IMG/VR virus record: IMGVR_UViG_3300037484_001226 | Span: 1-27,478 of that record | Source of the DNA: a virus | Lineage: Duplodnaviria; Caudoviricetes | Reading direction: 5' to 3' (one strand) | Length of the DNA: 27,478 nt | In this document: positions 1 to 9,232 of the stretch, in pieces | Layout: the number at the start of each line of letters is the position of its first letter | How positions within the stretch are numbered: position 1 is the stretch's first letter | Notes under the pieces: generated by a model | What the model was told of the DNA's origin: nothing | Database searches by the model: none | What the model saw: only the letters and a program-made list of their open reading frames with translations | Program-made: the position numbers and the translations under genes

Positions 1-663
1 GAAGTACGCAAAGCACTTACCACGTTGATAGCCTGTGCCATGAGCAGCAACCGGCAAGCCAGCAGCCACCAGGGAATAGGGCGCTGACGGGTTGCCCACA
101 CCAACGGCGGTCGAAGACAGTTGGAACCTGACCCGAACCGTGTGTCCATGCTGCATGTACCGATAGGCCACCTGGTCACCCGCTTCAACCGTCCAGGTCG
201 TGGCGTTGCTGGTGGTGAAGTTGCCTGAGGCATAGGCGATGGCTGTCCAGTCCCCCAGCTTCGCGGTGCGCCCGCGCTCTTTCAGGCCGTTCGTAAAGGC
301 CCAGCAGTCCGCGCCGATCGTCTCGATCGCGTCCTTCTTCGGGATGTTCGAGGTGAGCCTGGCATCCGCGAGCGTTCCTGTGAGGTTCCCCGCGTTCACA
401 TAGTACGCGCCATGCTGCCCATCGAGCATGTCCGCGTTGCCCGTGCCAGGCGCATCCGAGATCGCGCTCACCTCCGGGTCGCTCAGCCCATCTCCTTCCT
501 CACCAGGCAGGCGATCCGTGCGCAGGAGGTAGCGCGCATCCGCCTCTGCCTGCGACAGCACCTGCAGATCATCAAGGCGCGCCTCGAGCACCCGATGATT
601 CTGGAAGAGTTGATCGAGCACGCGCCTCAAGTGCGGATCAGACGCGGCGGAAAGAGGCAGCAT
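1..663 (-). CDS. Putative tail fibre/virion protein, truncated at window edge (not in ORF track)
   Basis: ATG at 663 overlaps the upstream stop (TGATG) and the frame stays open to position 1. Translates MLPLSAASDPHL...NADMLDGQHGAYYVNAGNLTGTLADARL...; the ADxLDGxH segment is typical of phage fibre proteins. Confidence 0.7.
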   Translation of the reverse strand, partial: MLPLSAASDPHLRRVLDQLFQNHRVLEARLDDLQVLSQAEADARYLLRTDRLPGEEGDGLSDPEVSAISDAPGTGNADMLDGQHGAYYVNAGNLTGTLADARLTSNIPKKDAIETIGADCWAFTNGLKERGRTAKLGDWTAIAYASGNFTTSNATTWTVEAGDQVAYRYMQHGHTVRVRFQLSSTAVGVGNPSAPYSLVAAGLPVAAHGTGYQRGKCFAYF

Positions 664-3600
664 CACCTCTCCACGGGCGTTGAGGGCAGGAACGGCTTCA
701 CGAAGATCGCCTGCCCTTTGCCCCACGGGTAGACGCGCAGGATCGTCTCGTCCGCGAACATCTGGAACTCGCTGCTGGCATCAAGGCTGTAGATCGTGAG
801 CAGCCCCTTCGCGGCCCTGAACGGGATGTAGCACTTGCGGATGGCGCCTCCTGTGGGAGGGATCGTGTAGGTGTAGTTCACACCATCCACCGAGATCGTG
901 AAGGTCACCACTGTCGTGGACAGCAGCGTGACGAAGCCGTCGAAGTGGGTGTGATACCCGAACAAGCCGTGATCATGTGAGCGGCTCTCCCAGTGCGTGA
1001 CGCGCAGGGGGTACGGCTCGTAGATCCATTGGACATCCCATTTCAGGAATGGCAGCGCAGCTTGCGGGTGCACGCGCAGCAGGGAGGCCTGGAAGGGCGT
1101 GATGGTGCACACCACCTCGCGCCGCGCGGGAGTGTTGATCGTCACCAGGGCATGCTGCTGCCCGTCGCCCTCGAGCGCGATCACCTTGTCGAGACCTCCC
1201 GTATCCGCCTGCAGGACGACACCTCGCACCAGCTTCGGCCCAACCTGCCCCAGATCATTCCAATCCGAGGCGCGCTGCTCGATGCGCTCGGGCTCGATCA
1301 GGTAGGCGAGATTCGCCCCGTAGATCACCGGGCGCACATCGCTGGAGGCCCACACAAGCTCAAGGGTGATCGCTTTCGAGAGGACCCCCCCGGCGAAATG
1401 GTCATGGATCGTCTGCGTGCGCCCTGTGTCGAGGATCTGGCTCCCGTGATGAAACACCACGTCGTAGCCCGCGTAGGTGCGTACGGAAAGGACCGCACCC
1501 TGCGCATCCGCGTCGATCAGCAGATCCCCGTAGGTTTTCTCCGCGCGGGGAGCGCCTTGGGATCGTGCCCCCGTCCTGATCAGGCAGTCGATCGAGACCC
1601 CCGCATCGTTGAAGCCCGTGCGCTCGTAGAGGATCCCATCCTCACTCCCCATCAAAAGGCGCGAGTCACGCCCGAAGCGCTCGGTGTAGATGGCGCGGGG
1701 AGGCTGCCAGTAGAGATCCCAATACCACTCCTGGTAGAGAAGGTTGTAGACGAGGGTTTGGATGCGCCCGGTGGTGTCCTGGTAGGTGAAGTAGAGCTCG
1801 TTCTCGAACATCTCCAAGCGGAGCTTGCTCTCCGCGAGCCAGTCGATCTCGGTGGGGAATGCGAGCCCACGGTTGCTCAGCGATCCATACCCGCCTTCGC
1901 CATAGCCGCCTTCCCCATAGCCTCCAAGCGTGGCGGAGGGCAGCACGTCACGCAGCCCCATCGTGCGATGGAAGAGCGGGCCGAGATCATCATCGGTGAG
2001 GTTGCGCTCGGAGCCGCCCGAGGTGGCGTAGATCCCATCCCTGGAAAGGAAGTAGATTTCCGGTCCCACGCAGCACGCGAGGCGCCCCGCGATCCCATGC
2101 CCGCAAGGAGTCACCTGGAACGAGAAGGTCTCGCCTGAGCTCTGATTCAGGTAGCCCGCGTAGAGGTGATCGCGCGAGAAGATGAACGGCTGCCCGTTGT
2201 AGACGCAGCCGGCGAGGAGGTCCTCGGAAGGTGGGCAGACCTCCAGCGTATTTGCGGCGGGCCAGCTCGCGGGCTGTCCACACTTGCTCCAGTAGACATT
2301 CCCTTTGCGGAAGGGGTCGCCCAGCCCAAGGATGTAGCCGCCCCCCACTGGCCCGAAGAGGCAGCGAAGGGGTTGGCCGTAGACCGCCGTGCCGCTTGGG
2401 GTCGTCGTGGTGCAGGGCTCGTCGTTGTCCAGCTCGAGAAATCCAGCCTGCTGCGCGTCCACATCGCTGACAGCATCGACGAAGGCCGCGCCGTCGGCGC
2501 TGTTCGCGCCCACGAAGGCCCACCCTTCGACAAGGGTGCCCCCACGCCGGTAGATCCGCTGCCGGAAGTTGGCATCCCCCTTTGCGGCGACGGTCACGGT
2601 CACCCCACGCCGCGCGCAGTCGAGGGTCGTTGCCATGATCGGCGAGGGGTTGCCTTCATCCCCCGTGCGCGTGTCGTACTGCGTGAAGCGCCAGTCGTAG
2701 GCGGTGGCGTTGGCCTCCGCGGAGTCGAGGGCGTAGCCCCCAGTCATGAAGAGCTGATCGAACGACACCGCCACCGCGTTGGCGTTCTTGGTGCGCACCA
2801 CCAGGATGATCCCGGTGATCGTGCTCCAATCACGGCCTGCGGTGGATCCAAAGCGCCGGAAATCACCACGTCGCAAGGGGAACCCGATGACGCCGTATTC
2901 GATCCACTCCCCTGCTCCAGGGGGGATCACCTTCGCCACTTCACGGCTTGCGGCGCGTCGCTCTCGTCCGGATCGTGCACCCTCATGTTCGTCTGGATAG
3001 GTGCCATCCGCCAGGCGCTCCTCATCGCGCCGCCTGCGCCGCACCGCCACGCCTGTCGCGTAATCAGTCGTCGTCGCATCTGGAGCGCTGAACACCGTGG
3101 CCCACTCATCCGCCCGGAACACCTTGTAGTAGCCATCCGTGTTGTAGTCCGCGTGCTGCCCTGGGAAGTGGGCGGTCGAGAAGTTGTTCGAGCAGATCAG
3201 GTAGAGGAAGATGTCCTCGACGTTCGCGGGGGCGGACGCGCGGATCCACAGATGCAGGAGATCATCGTCATCTGCGGCAAGGGTGCCGACTTGGGAGAGA
3301 TTCGCCCCGAATGCTTTGCAGGCCGCGGCGCTCCCGACTCCAGCCGTTGGGGTGACCGTCAGCTGCAGGCAGTTGTTGCTCTTGCCGGCGGGATACGTCA
3401 CCGCCGCGGTGGCGTTCGGCCCGTTGAGTATCGTGAACCCACTCTCGAAGTCCTCGATCGTGGTGCGCTGCTCGGCGAGGAGACTGACGCTGCAGGCGGC
3501 AGCGGGGGGTGCGACGCCCAGCGGGAGGTCCAACCCATCGCGACGGATCTTGCGGTTGCGCACTCGATCGCCTACGAGCATCCACGCCTCGCTCGAGAGC

Positions 3601-3944
3601 GGGGGACGATACGGCACGAGGCTCAAGGGATCCCCGGAGTAGCCGGTGTCCACTTGGGTAAAGCCGAGGGTGCCCAGGTAGATGGACGCATCCACCCCCA
3701 GGATGCGGGCGTAGGTGCTGTTCGCAGGATCCTCGAGACGCGCAATCGAGTGGATCACCGTCCCAACCGGGGTGGTGTTGATCGCCGTCTGCCCTGGGCG
3801 CGCCGTGAACGCCCCGTGCAGGGTGCGCCGCACGTTCTTGAGACGCGCGAAGCGGTGCTCGGAGATCACGTCCACTGCGCTGCGCAGATCGATGCCCCCA
3901 GTCCCGAAGCGAATCGGATCGATCAGAAAAGGACGCTCAGGCAT
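663..3944 (-). CDS. Large virion protein, probable tail nozzle/DNA-stabilisation protein (P22 gp10/T7 gp12-like)
   Basis: 1093 aa, beta-rich, with propeller-like segments (VYWSKCGQPASWP, IYFLSRDGIYATSG, TLVYNLLYQEW). Lies directly after the adaptor-like genes. Family is inferred. Confidence 0.6.
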   Translation of the reverse strand: MPERPFLIDPIRFGTGGIDLRSAVDVISEHRFARLKNVRRTLHGAFTARPGQTAINTTPVGTVIHSIARLEDPANSTYARILGVDASIYLGTLGFTQVDTGYSGDPLSLVPYRPPLSSEAWMLVGDRVRNRKIRRDGLDLPLGVAPPAAACSVSLLAEQRTTIEDFESGFTILNGPNATAAVTYPAGKSNNCLQLTVTPTAGVGSAAACKAFGANLSQVGTLAADDDDLLHLWIRASAPANVEDIFLYLICSNNFSTAHFPGQHADYNTDGYYKVFRADEWATVFSAPDATTTDYATGVAVRRRRRDEERLADGTYPDEHEGARSGRERRAASREVAKVIPPGAGEWIEYGVIGFPLRRGDFRRFGSTAGRDWSTITGIILVVRTKNANAVAVSFDQLFMTGGYALDSAEANATAYDWRFTQYDTRTGDEGNPSPIMATTLDCARRGVTVTVAAKGDANFRQRIYRRGGTLVEGWAFVGANSADGAAFVDAVSDVDAQQAGFLELDNDEPCTTTTPSGTAVYGQPLRCLFGPVGGGYILGLGDPFRKGNVYWSKCGQPASWPAANTLEVCPPSEDLLAGCVYNGQPFIFSRDHLYAGYLNQSSGETFSFQVTPCGHGIAGRLACCVGPEIYFLSRDGIYATSGGSERNLTDDDLGPLFHRTMGLRDVLPSATLGGYGEGGYGEGGYGSLSNRGLAFPTEIDWLAESKLRLEMFENELYFTYQDTTGRIQTLVYNLLYQEWYWDLYWQPPRAIYTERFGRDSRLLMGSEDGILYERTGFNDAGVSIDCLIRTGARSQGAPRAEKTYGDLLIDADAQGAVLSVRTYAGYDVVFHHGSQILDTGRTQTIHDHFAGGVLSKAITLELVWASSDVRPVIYGANLAYLIEPERIEQRASDWNDLGQVGPKLVRGVVLQADTGGLDKVIALEGDGQQHALVTINTPARREVVCTITPFQASLLRVHPQAALPFLKWDVQWIYEPYPLRVTHWESRSHDHGLFGYHTHFDGFVTLLSTTVVTFTISVDGVNYTYTIPPTGGAIRKCYIPFRAAKGLLTIYSLDASSEFQMFADETILRVYPWGKGQAIFVKPFLPSTPVER

Positions 3945-4596
3945 TGGCGCCCTCCACCACGTGTGACATCAGGAAGCGCCCCAACTCGATGCCTTCTTGA
4001 AAGCGCTCCTCGCAGTAGGCGGCACGCTCCAGGTCCTGAGTCGGCCCAGCTTTGCGCAGCGCATCCGCGAGCATCCCCCACTTCACGTAGCACGCGAACT
4101 CATCGGGCACGGAGAGGAACACCCCGTTGTTGGAAAGGGTGGCTTCCATCCCCACGTAGAGGAGGTGAAGCATCCCCGCGTCGCGAGGGGCGGGGATCAG
4201 CTGAAGTTGCGAAGGTGGGAGGGTGTGTTCTGTGTAGACGGCTGGAATGTCGCGGTCTCGATCCCACGCCTCGAGGCCCAGGTCCGCCTGCACCGTGTCG
4301 ATTCCATCGAGTTCCTGGATCGTCCCAGTTGCGGACTGAAACGCCACGCGCCGCGTGAGGATCCAGTCGGCAGGGAGCGCCACGCGATTGACGGCGGTGG
4401 GCGCTCCTACAACCCCCGTTTTGAGGATCGCGGCGGTCTCGCGCAGCAGACGGCGCTGGCGGTCGTTGGCGTACCCGACGAGTTCCGCGATCGTCCAGAG
4501 GCCAGAGGCGATCGTCACCCCGCTGTCAGCAGGCTCGAACAGGGCGTACTCCACCTCATTGAGCACTTCGCGATCGGTCAAGTGATACGCGGGCAT
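3937..4596 (-). CDS. Head-tail adaptor-like protein (paralogue 3)
   Basis: 219 aa with the pattern WTxAELxxYxN...LPADW...PAVY...LQLIPAP...VPDEF, resembling podovirus adaptor proteins. Confidence 0.6.
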   Translation of the reverse strand: MPAYHLTDREVLNEVEYALFEPADSGVTIASGLWTIAELVGYANDRQRRLLRETAAILKTGVVGAPTAVNRVALPADWILTRRVAFQSATGTIQELDGIDTVQADLGLEAWDRDRDIPAVYTEHTLPPSQLQLIPAPRDAGMLHLLYVGMEATLSNNGVFLSVPDEFACYVKWGMLADALRKAGPTQDLERAAYCEERFQEGIELGRFLMSHVVEGANA

Positions 4597-4599
4597 GGA

Positions 4600-5280
4600 T
4601 TAGCGGGCTCCTGGGGTTGAGGGACCGCTCCACACAGGCTTTTCAGTGGAGTCAGCGGGGAGCCCAAGGACGTGCCGATAGAGGGCTGTCGCTTGCAGGT
4701 GCTGCACGTGCTCGCTCGCCGCCTTCCACAGACGCTTGCGCGCCTCCTTGCTCTCCTCGAAGGTCTCGCTCCCAACCTTGAACACAGCGAGGTGCCGCGC
4801 ATAATCGAGGAGGGTGATGAGCACGCCGGGGTCTACCGTGATCTCGCTCGAGTCGGAAGCGAAGGTGGGGGTGCTGAGCACTCCATCCATCACCAGGGAG
4901 TGCGAGGCTTCTGCGGGCACAGGGGCGAGCGCGATGAGATTCAAGGCGACAGGCACCCAGAAGGTGGGGGTGCCCCCCTCGGTCTGCCAGAGCGCGCGGC
5001 TGCAATCCAGCTCGAAGAGGCTGGTGCGCTGCAACGGCTTCCCCTGAAAGGACGCACGCGATCCTTTCAGCAACAGCGTCGGGAGCGAGACGAATGGAGT
5101 GCCAGCGTCGAGGGGCACGATGATGCGCCCTGACCAATACCCAGTGAGGAGGTTCCAGGTCCGCAGCGTCTCTTGCATCAAGGCGTGGAGCTCCGCGTCC
5201 TCCCAGAAAGGGGAGGCCGCACCCTGCCCGAGTGCAGCCCGCAAGCGCCCACGAAATCCCGCACGCGTGATCGTGTCCAT
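4600..5280 (-). CDS. Head-tail adaptor-like protein (paralogue 2)
   Basis: Start reassigned to ATG 5280 (MDTITRAG), just after the 5282 stop; 226 aa. Pattern FWEDAEL...VSLP...GTPTFW...IALAPVP. Confidence 0.6.
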   Translation of the reverse strand: MDTITRAGFRGRLRAALGQGAASPFWEDAELHALMQETLRTWNLLTGYWSGRIIVPLDAGTPFVSLPTLLLKGSRASFQGKPLQRTSLFELDCSRALWQTEGGTPTFWVPVALNLIALAPVPAEASHSLVMDGVLSTPTFASDSSEITVDPGVLITLLDYARHLAVFKVGSETFEESKEARKRLWKAASEHVQHLQATALYRHVLGLPADSTEKPVWSGPSTPGAR

Positions 5281-5281
5281 C

Positions 5282-6388
5282 TCACTTCCAGACGGGGATC
5301 CAGAAGGCTGCGCCGGTGGAGTCGTAGAACTGCGCCCAACTGTTCTGCGCGGCGGCGGAGGGGCCGAGCCCCCCAACCGTGCCGAGGGTGGGGGCGGATC
5401 CTCCACCCAACGCAATCAACGCTTTCTGGTACTGAAGGGTGTGGATTTCGAGGATATTCGCGGTGTTCAGCTTCAACAGCACGAGGTCCGCGTCGTTGGT
5501 CGCGTTGCGGGCCACAAGGGCATCCGCGTTGTTCGCCACGCGCAACACCCCGGTCAAAGCAGGGTTGGTCCCCAAGGCGATCAACCCGCTGATGTGGAGG
5601 TCCGTGATGTACCCAGAGGTGAACCGCTTGGTCGAGGAGCCGAGCGCGTAGGCGTCGTCGGTGATTGGGGTCAGGTGACGGCAGTAAGCGCTCGCAAGAT
5701 CCAAAAAGTCATCCGTGCTCACCCGTATCATCAGGACATCGCCGGTATCCCCGCTGTTGCGGCTGGTGATCCATGACCCCCAGGTGAGACGCAGCGGACC
5801 TGATTCTGAGGGGTCTGCCCCCAGTGAGATGAACTCCGCGTTGATCTGGTTGCTCAGGTGTGAGAGCGTGAGAGCGTTGGCGTAGGTGCCGGCGAGCCGG
5901 GCATCTGGGAGCGTGCCACTCGCCAGCGCTGAGGCGTTGAGGCCTGTGAGCGCACTGGCGTCAAGGTTGTCGAGGTAGGCAGCGCCCAGGCCTGCCAGCT
6001 TCCCGCTCGCGAGGATCAAGGCCACCACGCCGCTTCCAAAGGTGCCCCCACCCCCAATGAGCAGATCCCCCTGGATCTCCTGATCATCCGTGAAGATGTT
6101 GGCTTCACTCAGGAACGCGGCGTCGTCCTGATCGATCAGCTGTACGTCATCCCAGGTGTAAGGGGTGGTGATCCCCGTTCCAGACACGCGCACCCGGTAG
6201 CGTCCATGCGCGGCGTAGAAGTAGAAGAACGCGTCGCTGTCGGCAATGAAAGGGTTGGCTTTGGGCGTGCCCAAGGTGTCCGCGAAGATCGTCGAGAGCA
6301 GCAGCGTCGCTTCGTCGTAGATCGTGATGGTGGCGCCGGGCGCCGGAGCGCCTGCGTTCGTGCGGGCATACGCCCAGAAGCGCTCCAT
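5282..6388 (-). CDS. Tail spike/fibre-like protein with N-terminal virion-binding domain
   Basis: 368 aa with SD AAGGAG. N-terminal GATITIY...NPFIAD...FYFYAAHGRY resembles tailspike anchoring domains; also contains LASGTLPDARL. Confidence 0.6.
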   Translation of the reverse strand: MERFWAYARTNAGAPAPGATITIYDEATLLLSTIFADTLGTPKANPFIADSDAFFYFYAAHGRYRVRVSGTGITTPYTWDDVQLIDQDDAAFLSEANIFTDDQEIQGDLLIGGGGTFGSGVVALILASGKLAGLGAAYLDNLDASALTGLNASALASGTLPDARLAGTYANALTLSHLSNQINAEFISLGADPSESGPLRLTWGSWITSRNSGDTGDVLMIRVSTDDFLDLASAYCRHLTPITDDAYALGSSTKRFTSGYITDLHISGLIALGTNPALTGVLRVANNADALVARNATNDADLVLLKLNTANILEIHTLQYQKALIALGGGSAPTLGTVGGLGPSAAAQNSWAQFYDSTGAAFWIPVWK

Positions 6389-6391
6389 GGC

Positions 6392-6583
6392 TTACTCCTT
6401 TGAGATCGAGGGTGGGACGCGCTGCTGCTGCTGCAGGAGGAACTGATGCGCCGCAGCGCCCGCCCGCGCCTGGGCACGCAGCACCTGAAGCTGCTTCACG
6501 CCCCACTCCGCAAGGCGGAAGAGCCCGAGGGCCACGAGAATCGCGAGAATCATGCAGAGCGTGAGCGAGAGGAACATGTTCAT
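6392..6583 (-). CDS. Small membrane protein (possible lysis accessory)
   Basis: 63 aa with an N-terminal hydrophobic helix; ATGA overlap with the upstream gene. Confidence 0.55.
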   Translation of the reverse strand: MNMFLSLTLCMILAILVALGLFRLAEWGVKQLQVLRAQARAGAAAHQFLLQQQQRVPPSISKE

Positions 6584-6870
6584 TTCTTCACGGGGAGCGC
6601 GGCTGCGGGCCGCAGGAGGTGCTGCTCGATGAATTGAGCTGCGAGTTCACCGCGGGCGGCGTGGAAGCGCAGCTCCTCGAACGCCTTGACATCGGCAGAT
6701 GTGACCTTTTCAAGGGACGCCACGCGAGTTTCAAGAGAGGCCACGCGCGCTTGAAGCGAGATGCCCCACTCGATGGCGCCTCCAAGAAGCGCGCCCAACA
6801 GGGCAAGGAGGAACGCCCCAACGAGGTAGCGTTGGGCGGGGGGGCGCGGGGCGACGGGGATCGGCTTCAT
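6580..6870 (-). CDS. Membrane protein with coiled coil (holin/spanin-like, unproven)
   Basis: 96 aa; a TM segment followed by the repeat RVASLETRVASLE; ATGA overlaps on both sides. Confidence 0.55.
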   Translation of the reverse strand: MKPIPVAPRPPAQRYLVGAFLLALLGALLGGAIEWGISLQARVASLETRVASLEKVTSADVKAFEELRFHAARGELAAQFIEQHLLRPAAALPVKK

Positions 6871-7043
6871 TGATGCCCCCTTCCAGAAAAGGGCCAGCCA
6901 GGGGGGCGAAGGTCAGGGTGCGCGCTCTGAAAGGCGTCGATGCGGATGTCTTCGTATTCGCGAATGCGGTGATGCGTGTAGCCCGCCCACCCCGCGAGGA
7001 GCGCGATCAGGATCCAGAGGAGGGAGCGTTCGAGGTGTCTCAT
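6867..7043 (-). CDS. Small membrane protein, 58 aa (not in ORF track)
   Basis: MRHLERSLLWILIALLAGWAGYTHHRIREYEDIRIDAFQ...; fills the gap exactly with ATGA overlaps at both ends. Confidence 0.6.
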   Translation of the reverse strand: MRHLERSLLWILIALLAGWAGYTHHRIREYEDIRIDAFQSAHPDLRPPGWPFSGRGHQ

Positions 7044-8881
7044 GTTTTCTTGCAGAACACGAAGCCCACGTAAGGGGGGAGGGAACTCCCACTCCCAGAG
7101 GTGACGCTGGCAGGATCGGTCGTGTGCGTGTGCGCCCCGTCGCTTCCTGACGCGAAGGCACCAATGTTCAGATCGTGGGTATGGGTGCCTCCCGAAGCGG
7201 TGTTCGGCCAGCTCAGATCATGGGAGTGGTTCGCCACGGCCCCTACCGTCCCGGAAAAGTCATGGGTATGCGCGCCAGCGTTGTTGGTGCTGGTGGCAAC
7301 AATGTCATACCAACTCCCTGCTTCGCCTGGCTGAATGGAGCCCACCACGCCAATGCTATGCCCATGATCCCCAGCCGACGTGGTGGTGCCGCTGTAGCCG
7401 TGATCGTGTCCCCCGCTCGAGCCCGTGGAGCCGCTTCCTACCTCCGGGTTGTGGTAATGAGAGCCCGCGCTCGTCGAGGTCGCGTTGGGGGGATCCACCG
7501 TGTGGGTATGTGCACCAGCGGAGGAGCTTGTGGTGATAGCGACATCGACCGTGTGCGTGTGGGTGGAGGCGCCGGCAGGCGTGCCCGTGTAGGAGGCTAC
7601 CCCCATCGGGAAGCGGTTCTCCAGCACCCCGGACGCGCCGCTGATCGAGGTCCACCCTGAGGGGCAGGCCGCATCGAAGAGCGCGATGAGCCCCGTGGGC
7701 ACCCCGCTGCCTCCTGCGCTCACCTGCCAGGTGGCGTTGCCATCCGCATCGCTGGTCAACACGTGGCCGGCAACTGGCCCAGTCGTGACCTTGAGGGCAG
7801 GGGTGGTGGTCAGGGTGCTGGCGGTCAGGTTGACCGCGGTGGCTGTGCCATCCTTTGCCACCGAGAACCGGCTCGCCGCGCCGACGATCAGGTCAAGGAG
7901 GCGGCTTCCTGCCGCTGAGGCAGTGTCGGTAACCGTCAGCTTGAGAGCCGTGGGCGCCCCAGAGGTGTTCCAGGTGCCTGCGAGTTCTGCCAGCGAAGAC
8001 GCATCCGCCCCTGTAAGGGAGAACCCACTGACCTTCAGCGCGGAGAGGTTCGCATCAGGAGCAAGGAGCATCTTGGCATCCGCATCTGCCGCGGCGCCGA
8101 TGCCAAGGGTGTCGGTGGGCGTCGTCACGGTGATGGTGGCGCCTGCGTCAGTCCATCCACCCCCGCTTCCCGCCACCTCATCGAGGTTGACCCACGCAGT
8201 GCCGGTGTAGCCCTGGAAGTGCCCGCCAGCCCACCGGATGGTGCCTGCTGTCGGGGAGCCGCTCGCATCCGCCACCTTGATCGCCCCGCCAACCTCCAGC
8301 TTTTCTGTCGCGCTCGTGCCCGTGAGGGAGATGCGATCCGTGCCGACCGTGAGGTAGACCGTGGTGCCGCCGTCAGTCCACCCGCTGGTCCCCCCGCCAC
8401 CCCCTGCCTGCCAGGTCCCGTTGCCACTGCCATCGGTCGTGAGGACGTAGCCGGCGCTCGCGCCGGTCGGCATCCTGAACCCGGTGACACGCGCGGTCCC
8501 GCTCACGTCGAGGGCGACCGTGGGTGAAGAGGTCCCGATGCCCAGGCGCTTCGCGGTGTTGTCCCAGAAGAGGTTCGCGTTATCTTGCGTGACCGCCTGC
8601 GAGACCCCGACGAACAGGAGGGAGCCTTGGGTAGAGAGGGCGAGCTTCAGCCCACCAAGGGTGAGCACCCCACTCTTGGTCTGCGCGCTTGCCCCTGTGT
8701 TCAAGAGGGCAGAGTCAATGATGTCGAAGTTGGCGTTGAGGAAGGTGTCCCACTCGAGCTGCCCACGCGCCCCCTTGCAGAGCCCAAGGTTCGGGGTTTT
8801 GGTGCAGTCCGCTGCCACGGGCACGACCGCAAGCAGCACCCCGAGCAACACCAGCAAGGCAAACCGCACCAGGCGCATCAT
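7040..8881 (-). CDS. Tail fibre protein with HxH repeats and signal-peptide-like N-terminus
   Basis: 613 aa with SD AGGAG. Contains TPNLGL..W...LNANFDIID, RLGIGTSSP, two GxVLTxDxxGNxTWQ repeats, a collar-like VPTGLIALF..CPSGW and nine HxH motifs. Confidence 0.8.
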   Translation of the reverse strand: MMRLVRFALLVLLGVLLAVVPVAADCTKTPNLGLCKGARGQLEWDTFLNANFDIIDSALLNTGASAQTKSGVLTLGGLKLALSTQGSLLFVGVSQAVTQDNANLFWDNTAKRLGIGTSSPTVALDVSGTARVTGFRMPTGASAGYVLTTDGSGNGTWQAGGGGGTSGWTDGGTTVYLTVGTDRISLTGTSATEKLEVGGAIKVADASGSPTAGTIRWAGGHFQGYTGTAWVNLDEVAGSGGGWTDAGATITVTTPTDTLGIGAAADADAKMLLAPDANLSALKVSGFSLTGADASSLAELAGTWNTSGAPTALKLTVTDTASAAGSRLLDLIVGAASRFSVAKDGTATAVNLTASTLTTTPALKVTTGPVAGHVLTSDADGNATWQVSAGGSGVPTGLIALFDAACPSGWTSISGASGVLENRFPMGVASYTGTPAGASTHTHTVDVAITTSSSAGAHTHTVDPPNATSTSAGSHYHNPEVGSGSTGSSGGHDHGYSGTTTSAGDHGHSIGVVGSIQPGEAGSWYDIVATSTNNAGAHTHDFSGTVGAVANHSHDLSWPNTASGGTHTHDLNIGAFASGSDGAHTHTTDPASVTSGSGSSLPPYVGFVFCKKT

Positions 8882-8923
8882 CGTCTCCTACTGTGGGAAG
8901 GGAGAGCTGCACGTGTCGAGGGG

Positions 8924-9232
8924 TTAGTAGGGGACGTAGCCGATCTGCAGCACCTCAGTGGCTGTGCCGATCGCGTAGATTTCAGCCGGCACGATTGCGC
9001 CCGTGTTGAACTCCCCCAACTGGACGGGAGCGGGAGGAAGGCCGCCAACGGGTGCCGGGATCCTGATCGCATAGTCCGTGGCACTCACCGCAGGCCCACC
9101 AAGGTAGATGGCATTGGCGTTGGCCGCGGCCGGCTGCAACACGATCAGGCGGGAGTGGATGTTGTGCGCGTCGGCCAACGCCATGAGGCGTTGGGCAGCG
9201 CCGCTCAAGGTCAGCTTTGTGTGTCGGAGCAT
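8924..9232 (-). CDS. Small beta-rich putative virion protein
   Basis: 102 aa; NANAIYLGG..V and EIYAIG motifs; TGATG coupling with the upstream gene. Confidence 0.6.
   Translation of the reverse strand: MLRHTKLTLSGAAQRLMALADAHNIHSRLIVLQPAAANANAIYLGGPAVSATDYAIRIPAPVGGLPPAPVQLGEFNTGAIVPAEIYAIGTATEVLQIGYVPY

Noticed and set aside
993-4358. Long plus-strand ORFs (381 aa, 730 aa)
   Set aside because: Antisense shadows of the 1093-aa gene, expected in high-GC coding DNA; Arg/Gly/Pro-rich with no motifs.
5281-5415. N-terminal extension of the 271-aa ORF in the track
   Set aside because: It overlaps the upstream gene's coding end and is low-complexity; ATG 5280 is the better start.
8800-8881. Lipoprotein lipobox in the fibre leader (VAADC)
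   Set aside because: Asp immediately before Cys does not fit the lipobox consensus; a signal peptidase I site fits better.
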